From a bacterium (GTDB lineage Bacteria; UBA8248), in assembly GCA_965204535.1 (NCBI GenBank), contig OZ241996.1:1529654-1593653 (forward strand): DNA of 64,000 bases, in the 5' to 3' direction. The notes under the pieces are model-generated. The model made no database searches. It was not told where the DNA came from and saw only the letters and a program-made list of their open reading frames with translations. This document shows positions 48,545 through 56,960 of this stretch, piece after piece. The position numbers and the translations under genes are program-made. How positions within the stretch are numbered: position 1 is the first letter of the stretch; each line of letters begins with the position of its first letter.

Positions 48545-49447
48545 CTAGCGGAACAGGGTGATCATCACCCCGCCGGCCACGACGAGGCACGCGGCGACCA
48601 CCGTTTTGGGCACAACGCGCTCTATTTTCCCCAGAAACAGGAAACTGAACAGGATCACCCACAGGGGCGTCATCCGGCTCAGCGGCAATACGCTCGACAC
48701 CATCCCCGCCACGAACGCCGTCCACATCAGAAACGCGGCGATGATGTTGAACGGAAGACCCACCAGAAGGGCTCTCACCGTCGCCATGTTCCCCCTGATG
48801 ACCCCGCCGCCCGGCATCATGCGCCTCGCCGCCAGCATGAGCAAAAGGCCCGAGCCGAACGCCACGCCGAATCCCAGATAGGGCGCCTCGTGCTCCGCCA
48901 GACCCAGCTTGGCGAACACGGGCACCGCCGCATAGCACACGGATGAGGAAAGCGGCAGGAGGTAGTCTCTCCGCACCGGCTCCCCGCGCCCTTTTTTTCC
49001 GCCTCCCCTCCCCGGCCAGGAGAGCAGAAAAACGCCGCCCACGATGCCCAGCGTCCCCAGGAGAACATAAACGCCCGGCTGCTCGCTCAGAATGATGACA
49101 GCAAAGGCCACGCCCCAAAGAGGCGAGGAGGCATGGATCGCCGTGGCCCGGCTCACGCCCAGGCGTTCGATGGCCGAGAAGAAGATGAGGCTTCCCGTGC
49201 CGTGGCCGGCCATGCCCGTGAGCGCGAACCAGCCGAGCGCCCGCATATTGGTCGAAGCCAGAGTGCCGAGCACCCATGCGGTCGTCAGCCCCGCGATGCT
49301 CACCAGCGAATTCAGGACGATGATGCTCATCAGGGGGCTTCCGGTCGTCATCGCCCGGCGCACCGAAATGAGCGTGATGGAATAGCTGAACGAGGTCGCC
49401 ACGGCGAGAAACTCGGGACTGCCCCATGATGATATCCACTCGACCAT
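48545..49447 (-). CDS. DMT (EamA) family transporter
   Basis: Ten TMs, 'LSEQP', 'PLSRMTP'. Confidence 0.88.
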   Translation of the reverse strand: MVEWISSWGSPEFLAVATSFSYSITLISVRRAMTTGSPLMSIIVLNSLVSIAGLTTAWVLGTLASTNMRALGWFALTGMAGHGTGSLIFFSAIERLGVSRATAIHASSPLWGVAFAVIILSEQPGVYVLLGTLGIVGGVFLLSWPGRGGGKKGRGEPVRRDYLLPLSSSVCYAAVPVFAKLGLAEHEAPYLGFGVAFGSGLLLMLAARRMMPGGGVIRGNMATVRALLVGLPFNIIAAFLMWTAFVAGMVSSVLPLSRMTPLWVILFSFLFLGKIERVVPKTVVAACLVVAGGVMITLFR

Positions 49448-49581
49448 GGGGCGGACTATACACCCCAAACCCCCGGGAGGCGAGGTTGTGCGCGGATCAT
49501 CTGGCCACGGGCTCCTCTAGCGGATAGAATGCGTCCCGATGGACACGATTACGATTCATTCCATGAAACCGGAGGCCGAAA

Positions 49582-49893
49582 ATGGCGGATGAGAGAGTAT
49601 TCCTGATAGCGTGGCTGAAGCCCAAGCCCGGCAAAGAAGACGAGATGGCCGAACTCCTGGGGGGCATGTGCGCGCCCTCGCGCAATGAGGCGGGGTGCAT
49701 CTTCTACAACCTCTACCGGGCGACGGACGAGGCGGGCGCGTTTCACTTCATCGAGTGCTGGAAATCACAGGCCGCTCTCGACGCGCACCGCGAAGAGCCG
49801 CACTACAAGAATTTCAGGGAGAAACTGCCCGACCTGCTCGCGGAGCCCGTGGGCGTGAAATTCCTCGAAGCCGTCGATTCAACGACGGGGTGA
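49582..49893 (+). CDS. Antibiotic-biosynthesis/quinol monooxygenase (ABM) family protein
   Basis: 'KPGKE', 'SRNEAGCIFYNL', 'E.WKSQAALDAH..EPHY'; GGAGG RBS. Confidence 0.88.
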   Translation: MADERVFLIAWLKPKPGKEDEMAELLGGMCAPSRNEAGCIFYNLYRATDEAGAFHFIECWKSQAALDAHREEPHYKNFREKLPDLLAEPVGVKFLEAVDSTTG

Positions 49894-49913
49894 TGTCGGG
49901 AGACGGGGAGCGT

Positions 49914-49995
49914 GTAGGGACAGACCCCCGTGCCTGTCCGCAAATGGGCGGGCACAGTCGGGCTTCCCTTCCTCAGGAAAGCCCGACGCCCCTAC
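49914..49995. repeat. GTAG-REP inverted pair
   Basis: GTAGGGACAGACCCCCGTGCCTGTCC ... GTCGGGCTTCC..GGAAAGCCCGACGCCCCTAC. Confidence 0.7.
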
Positions 49996-50021
49996 GGTTT
50001 CGTTTCAATTTACAGTTTACA

Positions 50022-50239
50022 GGGGCTGTTGAAAAATTCCCCTTTTCAGGGGGTAGAGGGGGCATCCCTCTCGACTGAAAAGCAACCCCCCCTACCCCCC
50101 CTTGTCAGGGGGGTATAAAAAGGCGATGCGCCCCCGCTGGGCTGAGGGGGTTTTGCTTTTTCTTGCCCCCCTGACAAGGGGGGGTAGGGGGGGTTGCCTT
50201 TATGGGATTTCCCTTTCAGGGGGTTTTTCAACAAGCCCC
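50022..50239. mobile_element. 218-bp MITE with terminal inverted repeats and a 5-bp target-site duplication
   Basis: Ends GGGGCTGTTGAAAAA / TTTTTCAACAAGCCCC. TTACA on both sides (50017-50021, 50240-50244). Internal IR CAACCCCCCCTACCCCCCCTTGTCAGGGGGG. Related copies near 609, 10162 and 59829. Confidence 0.82.
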
Positions 50240-50262
50240 TTACAGGAAAGGTTTGATAGCCC

Positions 50263-50330
50263 GTAGGGGCGGACTCGCGTGTCCGCCCGCGCTTCCGTGT
50301 CGCCTGAGAGTGGCAACACCTCATCCCTAC
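50263..50330. repeat. GTAG-REP; a CCCTAC end overlaps the SDR stop codon
   Basis: GTAGGGGCGGACTCGCGTGTCCGCCC at 50263; CCCTAC at 50325-50330. Confidence 0.6.
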
Positions 50331-51121
50331 CACAACGACTTCAAACGTCCCCCGTCCAGGTTCAGGGAAATCCCGGTGATGTAGCTCGCGCGTTCGGAGC
50401 AGAGAAAAACGATGGCGTCGGCGAGTTCTTCGGGCCTGCCGAAACGGCCCAGCGCGTTCTTGCGCGCCGCGCGTCGGCGGGCCTCTTCTTCTGATTCCGC
50501 CGCGAGTTCAGCCGCCAGGCCCTGCGCGTTCATCCGCCAGAGCGCGGTGTCCACCCAGCCGGGGCACACCGCATTCACGTGAATACCCGCCTCGCCGAAT
50601 TCGGTCGAAAGCGATTTCGTCATGTTCAAGAGCGCGCTGTTCGTCATGCCGCTTCCGAACATGTAGGGGTCGGGCTCCTTGCCCGCCCCTCCGATCATGT
50701 TCACGATGCGCCCCCACCCCTTCGCGCGCATCCCCGGCTCCACGAGACGGATGAGGCGCAGGAAGCCGAACAATTTGGTGTCGAGTTGTTTCTGGAGACC
50801 GGCGTCATCGAGCACCTCGAACCTGCCTGAACTCATGGTGCCCGCGTTGTTCACGAGAATGTCGATGTTTCCCAGCTTTTCCTGCGCGCGCTCTACCAGG
50901 GGCGCGAGTTCCCCCTCGTTCGAGGTGTCCGCCACGGCGTAGTGGAATTCGCCACCCGTCTCATCGGCCAATTGCGCGCAAGTCTCGGCGAGAGCCTCTT
51001 CGTTTCTCGCGCAGGTGAAGACGCGGACGCCCTCTTCCAGGAAGCGCCTCGCCGTCTCTTTGCCGATGCCACGGCTGCCGCCCGTCACCAGGGCCGATTT
51101 TCCTTGGATGCCTAAGTCCAT
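50327..51121 (-). CDS. SDR family oxidoreductase (atypical, no YxxxK)
   Basis: 'TGGSRGIG', 'NNAG', 'NAVCPG'; the active-site segment reads 'SGMTN'. Confidence 0.88.
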   Translation of the reverse strand: MDLGIQGKSALVTGGSRGIGKETARRFLEEGVRVFTCARNEEALAETCAQLADETGGEFHYAVADTSNEGELAPLVERAQEKLGNIDILVNNAGTMSSGRFEVLDDAGLQKQLDTKLFGFLRLIRLVEPGMRAKGWGRIVNMIGGAGKEPDPYMFGSGMTNSALLNMTKSLSTEFGEAGIHVNAVCPGWVDTALWRMNAQGLAAELAAESEEEARRRAARKNALGRFGRPEELADAIVFLCSERASYITGISLNLDGGRLKSLW

Positions 51122-51148
51122 ATTTCATTCTCAACGAAAAGAAGTTTG

Positions 51149-51326
51149 ATTCACTCCCCCCTTGAGGGTCTGGCTTCCCAAGGGGAAAGCCAGACGGTGA
51201 GCTAAGGGCGTCAGCCCGCAAGCGAACCGGTGGGGGGAGATTTTTTCTGTGGCATGTCCCCCCACCGAATCGGCCTTCGTCCAATGGACTCGGCCTCTTC
51301 GACTCCCCCTCAAGGGGGGAGTGAAT
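51149..51326. repeat. 178-bp palindromic miniature element
   Basis: Perfect 20-bp TIR ATTCACTCCCCCCTTGAGGG / CCCTCAAGGGGGGAGTGAAT, with internal hairpins (GTCTGGCTT..AAGCCAGAC). Confidence 0.75.
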
Positions 51327-51397
51327 TCCAATCACCTATTATGCAAATATCGAAACAAGGGATAGCAATACCGAGCGTGTCGCATCCCCAATTCCAC

Positions 51398-51988
51398 CTA
51401 TCCCGACACCTGCGCGACTTCCTCCCATTCCTTCCAGCCGATGATGTCATCGGGCGGCTCCACGGGGTTGTGGAGGCCGTCCTGCAGGCGGTTCCAGGCG
51501 TTGAACAGGCAGGTGAACAGCGTGAGTTCCACGATATCCTTTTCGCTGAAAAATTGTTTAAGCGGCGCGAAACAGGCGTCATCGGCGGCGGCGGTGTTTC
51601 TCGTGAGGGCCGTCGCCCAGCGGATCACCGCCTTTTCGCGCTCATCGAAGAGGTCGCTCCCCTCCCATCCATCGACTATCAAAGCGATATGTTCGTCGTT
51701 CAATCCGGCAGCTTGACCAAGCTTGACGTTGTGGTTCGTTCATATCTCGCAGTCGTTGATGAGCGAGGGCGTCAGGATCGCCAGCTGCATCAGGCGCATT
51801 CTGGCCGAATCGGTCCGCCACTGGCTCCGCAGGGCCACCGTCAGGCTCATGATGTGGCGCAGCGCTTCGGGCGAATGGGCCAGGGCGCGGTAGAAGCTGG
51901 GCACCGTGCCCCACCTTTCCCTCGATTGTTCAAAGAGCGGTTCGTGATCGCCTGCGGCGTCATCGGGTACCGGCGTGATTCTCGACAT
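51398..51988 (-). CDS. AhpD/carboxymuconolactone-decarboxylase-like peroxidase-related protein, probable selenoprotein (CxxU; TGA at 51740-51742)
   Basis: ORF-track pieces 51740..52018 and 51398..51703 share a frame and are separated only by TGA: 'LINDCEI-U-TNH'. The C-half has 'FDEREKA', 'F..KDIVEL', 'FNAWNR'. ATG 51988 has an AAGGAG RBS. Confidence 0.88.
51710..51739 (-). promoter_or_regulatory. Putative bacterial SECIS element
   Basis: mRNA AGCUU-GGUC-AAGCU hairpin (+17 to +30 after UGA) with a G-first, GU-containing loop. Confidence 0.68.
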
Positions 51989-52133
51989 CTCGGTCTCCTT
52001 GTGCGTCGGAATTCGCAATGTAATGTCATGCGGGTGTTTCCCTCATTTTTAGCAGATTTCCGGGGTTGTCACCAAGGGTCGAGCCCAATCGAGCAGGGGA
52101 TGTTGAATCACCCCCATCAATCGGGTTTGGTCT

Positions 52134-52247
52134 GTAGGTCGGACATATATGTCCGACATATATGCGGCCCGTGCGGAGTCGAATCGAAACCTGTAAAGGC
52201 GCAGGCGATGAAAACCAAACCACGGGTCGCATATATGCGACCCCTAC
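52134..52247. repeat. GTAG-REP inverted pair (CATATATG-core subfamily)
   Basis: GTAGGTCGGACATATATGTCCGAC ... GGGTCGCATATATGCGACCCCTAC; same cores as at 319-565. Confidence 0.8.
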
Positions 52248-52347
52248 AATCTTTAACACCATTCCCCTGCCCATCCCCCCCCTTTGCGGTGCGCATCGCC
52301 CCCTGCTATAAGTCGCCTTGCCGCATCGTCCGTGAAAGGAAACCACG

Positions 52348-53058
52348 ATGGAGCACCAGAAGATCCTCATCATCTGCGCGCATCCCGACGACATCGAGTT
52401 CCGCTGCGCAGGCTCGGTCGCCAAATGGACCCGCGAGGGCCGGCGCGTGGCGTACTGCCTCGCCACGAGCGGGGACAAGGGCGTGAACGGCCCCGAGTCG
52501 CGCCGCATGACCATCCAGGAGAAACAGACGATCCGCGAGCGTGAGCAGCGCGCGGCGGCGGCGGTCGTCGGCGTCGAGAAAATCCACTTCCTGCGCCATA
52601 CGGACGGGGAAGTCCGCAACACGGCCGAACTCAGGCGCGACCTCGTGCACGTGATGCGGGAGTGCAAGCCGGACCTCGTGATCGCCGACGACCCGGCGAA
52701 CGACGCCTTCGACAGTTTTTACGGCTACCACGGCGACCACCGCGCCGTCGCGGAGGCGGTCTTCGACGCGCTCTACCCCGCCGTCGGGAACGAGAATTAT
52801 TTCCCCGAGCTGCTCGCCGAGGGTCTGGAGCCGCACACGCCCAAAGAGGCGTATTTCAAGACGATTCCCGGCGCCGACACCTGGGTGGACATCACCGACA
52901 CGTTCGATCTGAAATTAGAAGCGCTCAAATGCCACGAGAGCCAACTCGATGATTTCGAGGAAATGGTTCCCCTGCTGCGCGACTGGGCGAAACGCTCGGG
53001 CGAGGCGGGCGGCCTCGAATGCGCCGAGTCCTACCGGCGCATGGAGGTGCCGCAGTAG
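52348..53058 (+). CDS. PIG-L/LmbE family deacetylase
   Basis: 'AHPDDIE', 'TSGDKG', 'REREQ', 'HGDH', 'K.EAL.CHESQ'. Confidence 0.9.
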   Translation: MEHQKILIICAHPDDIEFRCAGSVAKWTREGRRVAYCLATSGDKGVNGPESRRMTIQEKQTIREREQRAAAAVVGVEKIHFLRHTDGEVRNTAELRRDLVHVMRECKPDLVIADDPANDAFDSFYGYHGDHRAVAEAVFDALYPAVGNENYFPELLAEGLEPHTPKEAYFKTIPGADTWVDITDTFDLKLEALKCHESQLDDFEEMVPLLRDWAKRSGEAGGLECAESYRRMEVPQ

Positions 53059-53107
53059 GGGCGAGTGATTGCGGCGGATGTGCTCAAGGGAACGCGCGTC
53101 GAGAAGT

Positions 53108-53136
53108 TTGTGCCCGATCTCGAAGTCATGTATAAT
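53108..53136 (+). promoter_or_regulatory. Sigma70-type promoter for the deaminase-ABC operon
   Basis: TTGTGC-N17-TATAAT, about 110 nt upstream of ATG 53244. Confidence 0.55.
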
Positions 53137-53243
53137 TCACTCATCCTGTGCTGTTCATACGAAGTTGTGGGTCTTGCGGTTCATGCCGGGGGCCGACAAT
53201 TCACGCCAGCGGGAATGCCCAATCTACAGAGGAGATTGGAGCA

Positions 53244-55013
53244 ATGTCTTCGCGCCGAGCCCTGATCGACGTCGCCCTTGGCAATGAACCGGCCGATCTC
53301 GCCATAACGAACGGCCGTCTCGTCAATGTACATACCCGAGAAATCTACAGCGCCGGGGTCGCAATCAAGGGCGACCGGATCGCGGCGGTCGGCGACATCG
53401 ATTACGCGATCGGTGAGAACACGGAAGTCATCGACGCGGAGAACCGCTATGTGACACCCGGCCTGGTCGACGGCCACCTCCACATGTATCACTCCTACCT
53501 GGGCGTAAACGAGTTCGTCGAGGGAATGCTGCGCCATGGCGTCACCGCCTATGCGGACGGCTTCTACGGCCAGGGGATCGTCGGCGGTCGGGACGCGATC
53601 CGGTTTTTCAAGGATGCGCTAGAGGCCACCCCGCTCAGGCTCATATTCCTGGTCCCCACTCTCGCGCACCTGCAGAACCGTGAACTCGGCCTCGAACCCA
53701 CACCAGGCGTCAGCGTCGAAGAGATGAACGAGATGCTCGACTGGGAAAACTGCGTGGGGCTGGAGGAGCCGCCGTTCCTGCCGGTCTGCGAGAAGTGGGA
53801 CGATTATCTGGACCTCTTCGACCGGTGCCTGGAGCAGCGCAAAACGATTACGGGGCATGCCGCCGGCGCAAGCTGGCGCCAGATGCAGGCATACGCCGCG
53901 GTCGGAACCAGCACCGACCACGAGTCCATCGCGACCGACGAGGCGGTCGACAAGACCCGGGCCGGCTTTCGCCTGCTCATGCGGCTCGGGTCAGGCGCGA
54001 TTGACGTGCCCGAACTCGTCAAGGCGTATCTCGAGCACAAGATCGATCCGAGAGCGCTTGCCATGTGCGCCGATCTCGCATCGCCGGAGAAACTGCTGCG
54101 CGAGGGCGGGGTCGACGATAATATCCGCGTGGCCGTTCGAAACGGCGTGCCGCCCGTAATCGCGGTTCAGATGGCAACCATCAATGTCGCCGAGGCCTTC
54201 TATCTGCAGAGGGATATGGGGGCGGTTGCTCCGGGCCGCTACGCCGACATCCTGCTCGTCGACGACCTGGTCGCATTCGATATCTCCCGCGTACTCGTCG
54301 GCGGGGAGACCGTCGTCCGGGACGGCGAGTTCCTGGCGGACCTGCCCCCCATCGAGTATCCGGACAGCTTCCGCGGAACTGTGAAGATCGAGCGTGAGAT
54401 CACCGCCGGTTATCTCGAACCACGGACCGACGCCGAGGGCCCGGTGACCGTTCGGGTGATCGGCGTGACGGACGGCAGCCTCGTCACCGATGACGGAAGG
54501 GCGGTCCTCGAGGTCAATGACGGCGTGATACAACCGGACCTTGCCAACGACGTCCTGCCGCTGACGATGGCCGATCGGTTCGGCAAGGGAGGGGGGCGCA
54601 TCGGCAACGGTTTCGTGCGCGGCTTCGGCCTGAAGCGCGGCGCGATTGCGTCGACCGTCAACGCCGTCTGCGAGAATCTGGTTGCGGTCGGCGCGAACAC
54701 GTCCGATATGGCGTTCGCCATGAACAAGCTCGCCGAGATCGGCGGCGGGAAGATCGTCGTTGCCGATGGTGAGATCCTCGCATTGGTGGAGTTGCCCCTT
54801 CTCGGGCTCCTGTCCGAAGAACCGACGGAGACGGTCGCGGCGAAGTTCGACAAGGCGTTCGACGCCATACGCGAACTCGGGTGCGATCTCGCGAGCCCGT
54901 TCTCGCAGCTTGAGTTCAGCTTCGCCTGCGGCGAAATCGGCGACCTGCGGCTTTCCGACGAAGGGTTGCTGCGGGTTGACCCGCCGGAGATGGTGTCGCT
55001 GGTCGTGGAATGA
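53244..55013 (+). CDS. Adenine deaminase family amidohydrolase (divergent)
   Basis: 'PGLVDGHLH', 'GHA', 'TDHE', 'QMATIN.A', 'G.VAPGRYAD', and the Ade C-domain 'GFGLKRGAIAS', 'LPLLGLLS'. Confidence 0.87.
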   Translation: MSSRRALIDVALGNEPADLAITNGRLVNVHTREIYSAGVAIKGDRIAAVGDIDYAIGENTEVIDAENRYVTPGLVDGHLHMYHSYLGVNEFVEGMLRHGVTAYADGFYGQGIVGGRDAIRFFKDALEATPLRLIFLVPTLAHLQNRELGLEPTPGVSVEEMNEMLDWENCVGLEEPPFLPVCEKWDDYLDLFDRCLEQRKTITGHAAGASWRQMQAYAAVGTSTDHESIATDEAVDKTRAGFRLLMRLGSGAIDVPELVKAYLEHKIDPRALAMCADLASPEKLLREGGVDDNIRVAVRNGVPPVIAVQMATINVAEAFYLQRDMGAVAPGRYADILLVDDLVAFDISRVLVGGETVVRDGEFLADLPPIEYPDSFRGTVKIEREITAGYLEPRTDAEGPVTVRVIGVTDGSLVTDDGRAVLEVNDGVIQPDLANDVLPLTMADRFGKGGGRIGNGFVRGFGLKRGAIASTVNAVCENLVAVGANTSDMAFAMNKLAEIGGGKIVVADGEILALVELPLLGLLSEEPTETVAAKFDKAFDAIRELGCDLASPFSQLEFSFACGEIGDLRLSDEGLLRVDPPEMVSLVVE

Positions 55014-55041
55014 CGCAAACCGGAAACAAGAGGGAGAGATC

Positions 55042-55803
55042 ATGAGTGACGGAAAGCTGGCGGGCCGCGTCGCCATCGTGACCGGTGGATCGCGGGGCCT
55101 TGGACAGGCGATTGCGTGGGAATTCGCGAATGAGGGCGCCGACGTCGCCGTGGTCGGGCGAGACGAAAACGCCCTCGCCGAAACGGTTGACGGCATCGAG
55201 CAGCGCGGCGGAAAGGCCGTCGCGATCGCGGCGGAACTCCGTGATGTCGCCTCGATTCCAGGGGTCTTTGACAAAGCCGAGCAAGCGCTCGGTGAATCGA
55301 CGATCCTCGTCAACAGTGCGGGCGTACAGGGAGACCGGCCTGCGCTCGACGTCACTGAAGACCAGTATGACGAGGTAGCCGATACGAATATGAAAGCGCT
55401 TTTCTTCTGCTGCCAGGAGGCCGGCAAGCGGTGGATCGATCGCAAGAGCGGCGGGCGCATCATCAACCTCGGTTCTATTTTCGCCGTCGTCGGGATGCCC
55501 AATTTTTCGGTCTATTGTTCAACAAAAGGCGGCGTGCTGCTGCTTTCCAAGGCTCTCGCGATCGAGTGGGGGCCACACGGAATCAACGTCAACCTGATCG
55601 GCCCCTGCGCCACGATGACGGACATGGTGAGGCCGCTGTTCGACGACCCCGATTTCAAAGCGGCCTACATGCCGAGGGTGCCCGCCGGCGCCCTGCCTGA
55701 TCCCCTGGACATCGGGAGAGCAGCCGTCTTCCTGGCCTCGGACGACGCTCGGATGATTCATGGACACCATCTACTCGTAGACTCCGGCTATACGACCAAC
55801 TAA
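55042..55803 (+). CDS. SDR family oxidoreductase (gluconate 5-dehydrogenase-like)
   Basis: 'TGGSRGLG', 'NSAG', 'YCSTKGG', 'LAIEWG'. Confidence 0.9.
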   Translation: MSDGKLAGRVAIVTGGSRGLGQAIAWEFANEGADVAVVGRDENALAETVDGIEQRGGKAVAIAAELRDVASIPGVFDKAEQALGESTILVNSAGVQGDRPALDVTEDQYDEVADTNMKALFFCCQEAGKRWIDRKSGGRIINLGSIFAVVGMPNFSVYCSTKGGVLLLSKALAIEWGPHGINVNLIGPCATMTDMVRPLFDDPDFKAAYMPRVPAGALPDPLDIGRAAVFLASDDARMIHGHHLLVDSGYTTN

Positions 55804-55829
55804 TCGAGGTTCGGGGGGCTGAGACCCTG

Positions 55830-56924
55830 GTGACTGACCAGAGCGAAACATCAGGCGGTCCTGTCGCAGGCGACCATTTCGGGAACGGTTCCCCACAGGA
55901 AACGGCCTGGACCGGCGGCGCTTTGGAGCGAACGCGCGGTCTGCTGCGCCTCGAGGTGCAGTTGCTGTTCGTCCTCGTCTTCCTCTACCTCGGGTTTTCG
56001 ATCATAGAACCCGACATCTTCATTTCCGTCAGGACCATCGAGAATCTCGCCAGACAGGCGGGGGTGCTGCTGGTCGCCAGCGTCGGGCAGATGCTGGTGC
56101 TCGTCGTGGGCGGTTTCGACATCTCGGTCGGCGCGACCGCGGGATTCGCCTCCACGGCGCTCGCGCTGCTCGTTGACGATTTCGGGTTGTACGGGGCCGT
56201 CACGGCGGCTTTGGCGCTTGGCGCCCTTGTCGGCTCCGTCAACGGTTTCGTTATCGCGTACCTGGGGGTCAACCCCTTCGTGGCTACCCTGGCGATGCTG
56301 ACGTTCCTGACCGGTTTGTCAAACGAACTGAGCAGCGGCGCTTCGGTTCCGATCACCGACCGGGGTGTGAGCGCGTTCGGCGCGGACGAGTGGGGGCCGC
56401 TGCCGGGGACAATGGGCGTCGGGCTGGTTGTCGTATTCATTGCGTACCTGCTTCTCAACCGCGTCAGGGCGGGTCTCTATATCTATGCCATCGGGGGGGG
56501 GCGTGAGACGGCGCGGCTGTCAGGAATTTCGGTCGCCCGTTACGAGGTTCTCGCTTATGCGATGTGCGGCTTTTTCGCGGCCGTCGCCGGGGTCATGCTC
56601 GCATCCAGGGTCACGCTTGGACAGGCAAGCCTCGGGGCCGGGCTGGAGCTTGAATCCATCGCCGCGGCGGTGATCGGGGGCGCCGCGATCGGCGGCGGGG
56701 TCGGCCGGCTGCTCGGCGCTGCGATGGGGGTGGGAATCCTGACGGTACTCACCAGCGGTCTCGAGATCGTCGGTGTTTCGGAGTTCGCGCGCCAGATGGT
56801 TACCGGCGTCGTGCTGGTCGTAGCGGTCGCCCTCAACCAGCAGGGACGGCTGGGTGAATGGGCGATCGTAAAGCTGGCCAAATCACTGCTTCACGGCCGC
56901 GTCGCACGGTCCCGCGGTCCTTGA
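55830..56924 (+). CDS. CUT2 (ribose-type) ABC transporter permease
   Basis: 'GGFDISVG', 'PFVATL', 'YAIGG...ARLSG', 'ELESIAAAVIGG'. Confidence 0.92.
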   Translation: MTDQSETSGGPVAGDHFGNGSPQETAWTGGALERTRGLLRLEVQLLFVLVFLYLGFSIIEPDIFISVRTIENLARQAGVLLVASVGQMLVLVVGGFDISVGATAGFASTALALLVDDFGLYGAVTAALALGALVGSVNGFVIAYLGVNPFVATLAMLTFLTGLSNELSSGASVPITDRGVSAFGADEWGPLPGTMGVGLVVVFIAYLLLNRVRAGLYIYAIGGGRETARLSGISVARYEVLAYAMCGFFAAVAGVMLASRVTLGQASLGAGLELESIAAAVIGGAAIGGGVGRLLGAAMGVGILTVLTSGLEIVGVSEFARQMVTGVVLVVAVALNQQGRLGEWAIVKLAKSLLHGRVARSRGP

Positions 56925-56960
56925 CGCAACATATCGTTTTCACTGCCAAAGGAGAACACC

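Noticed and set aside
53120-53243. Purine riboswitch upstream of the deaminase
   Set aside because: TATAAT is present, but the ATATGG, GTTTCTAC and CCGTAAA conserved elements are absent; better explained as a -10 box.
53065-53265. 66-aa ORF after the PIG-L gene
   Set aside because: It overlaps the predicted promoter and the deaminase start and has no recognisable motif; at most a remnant.
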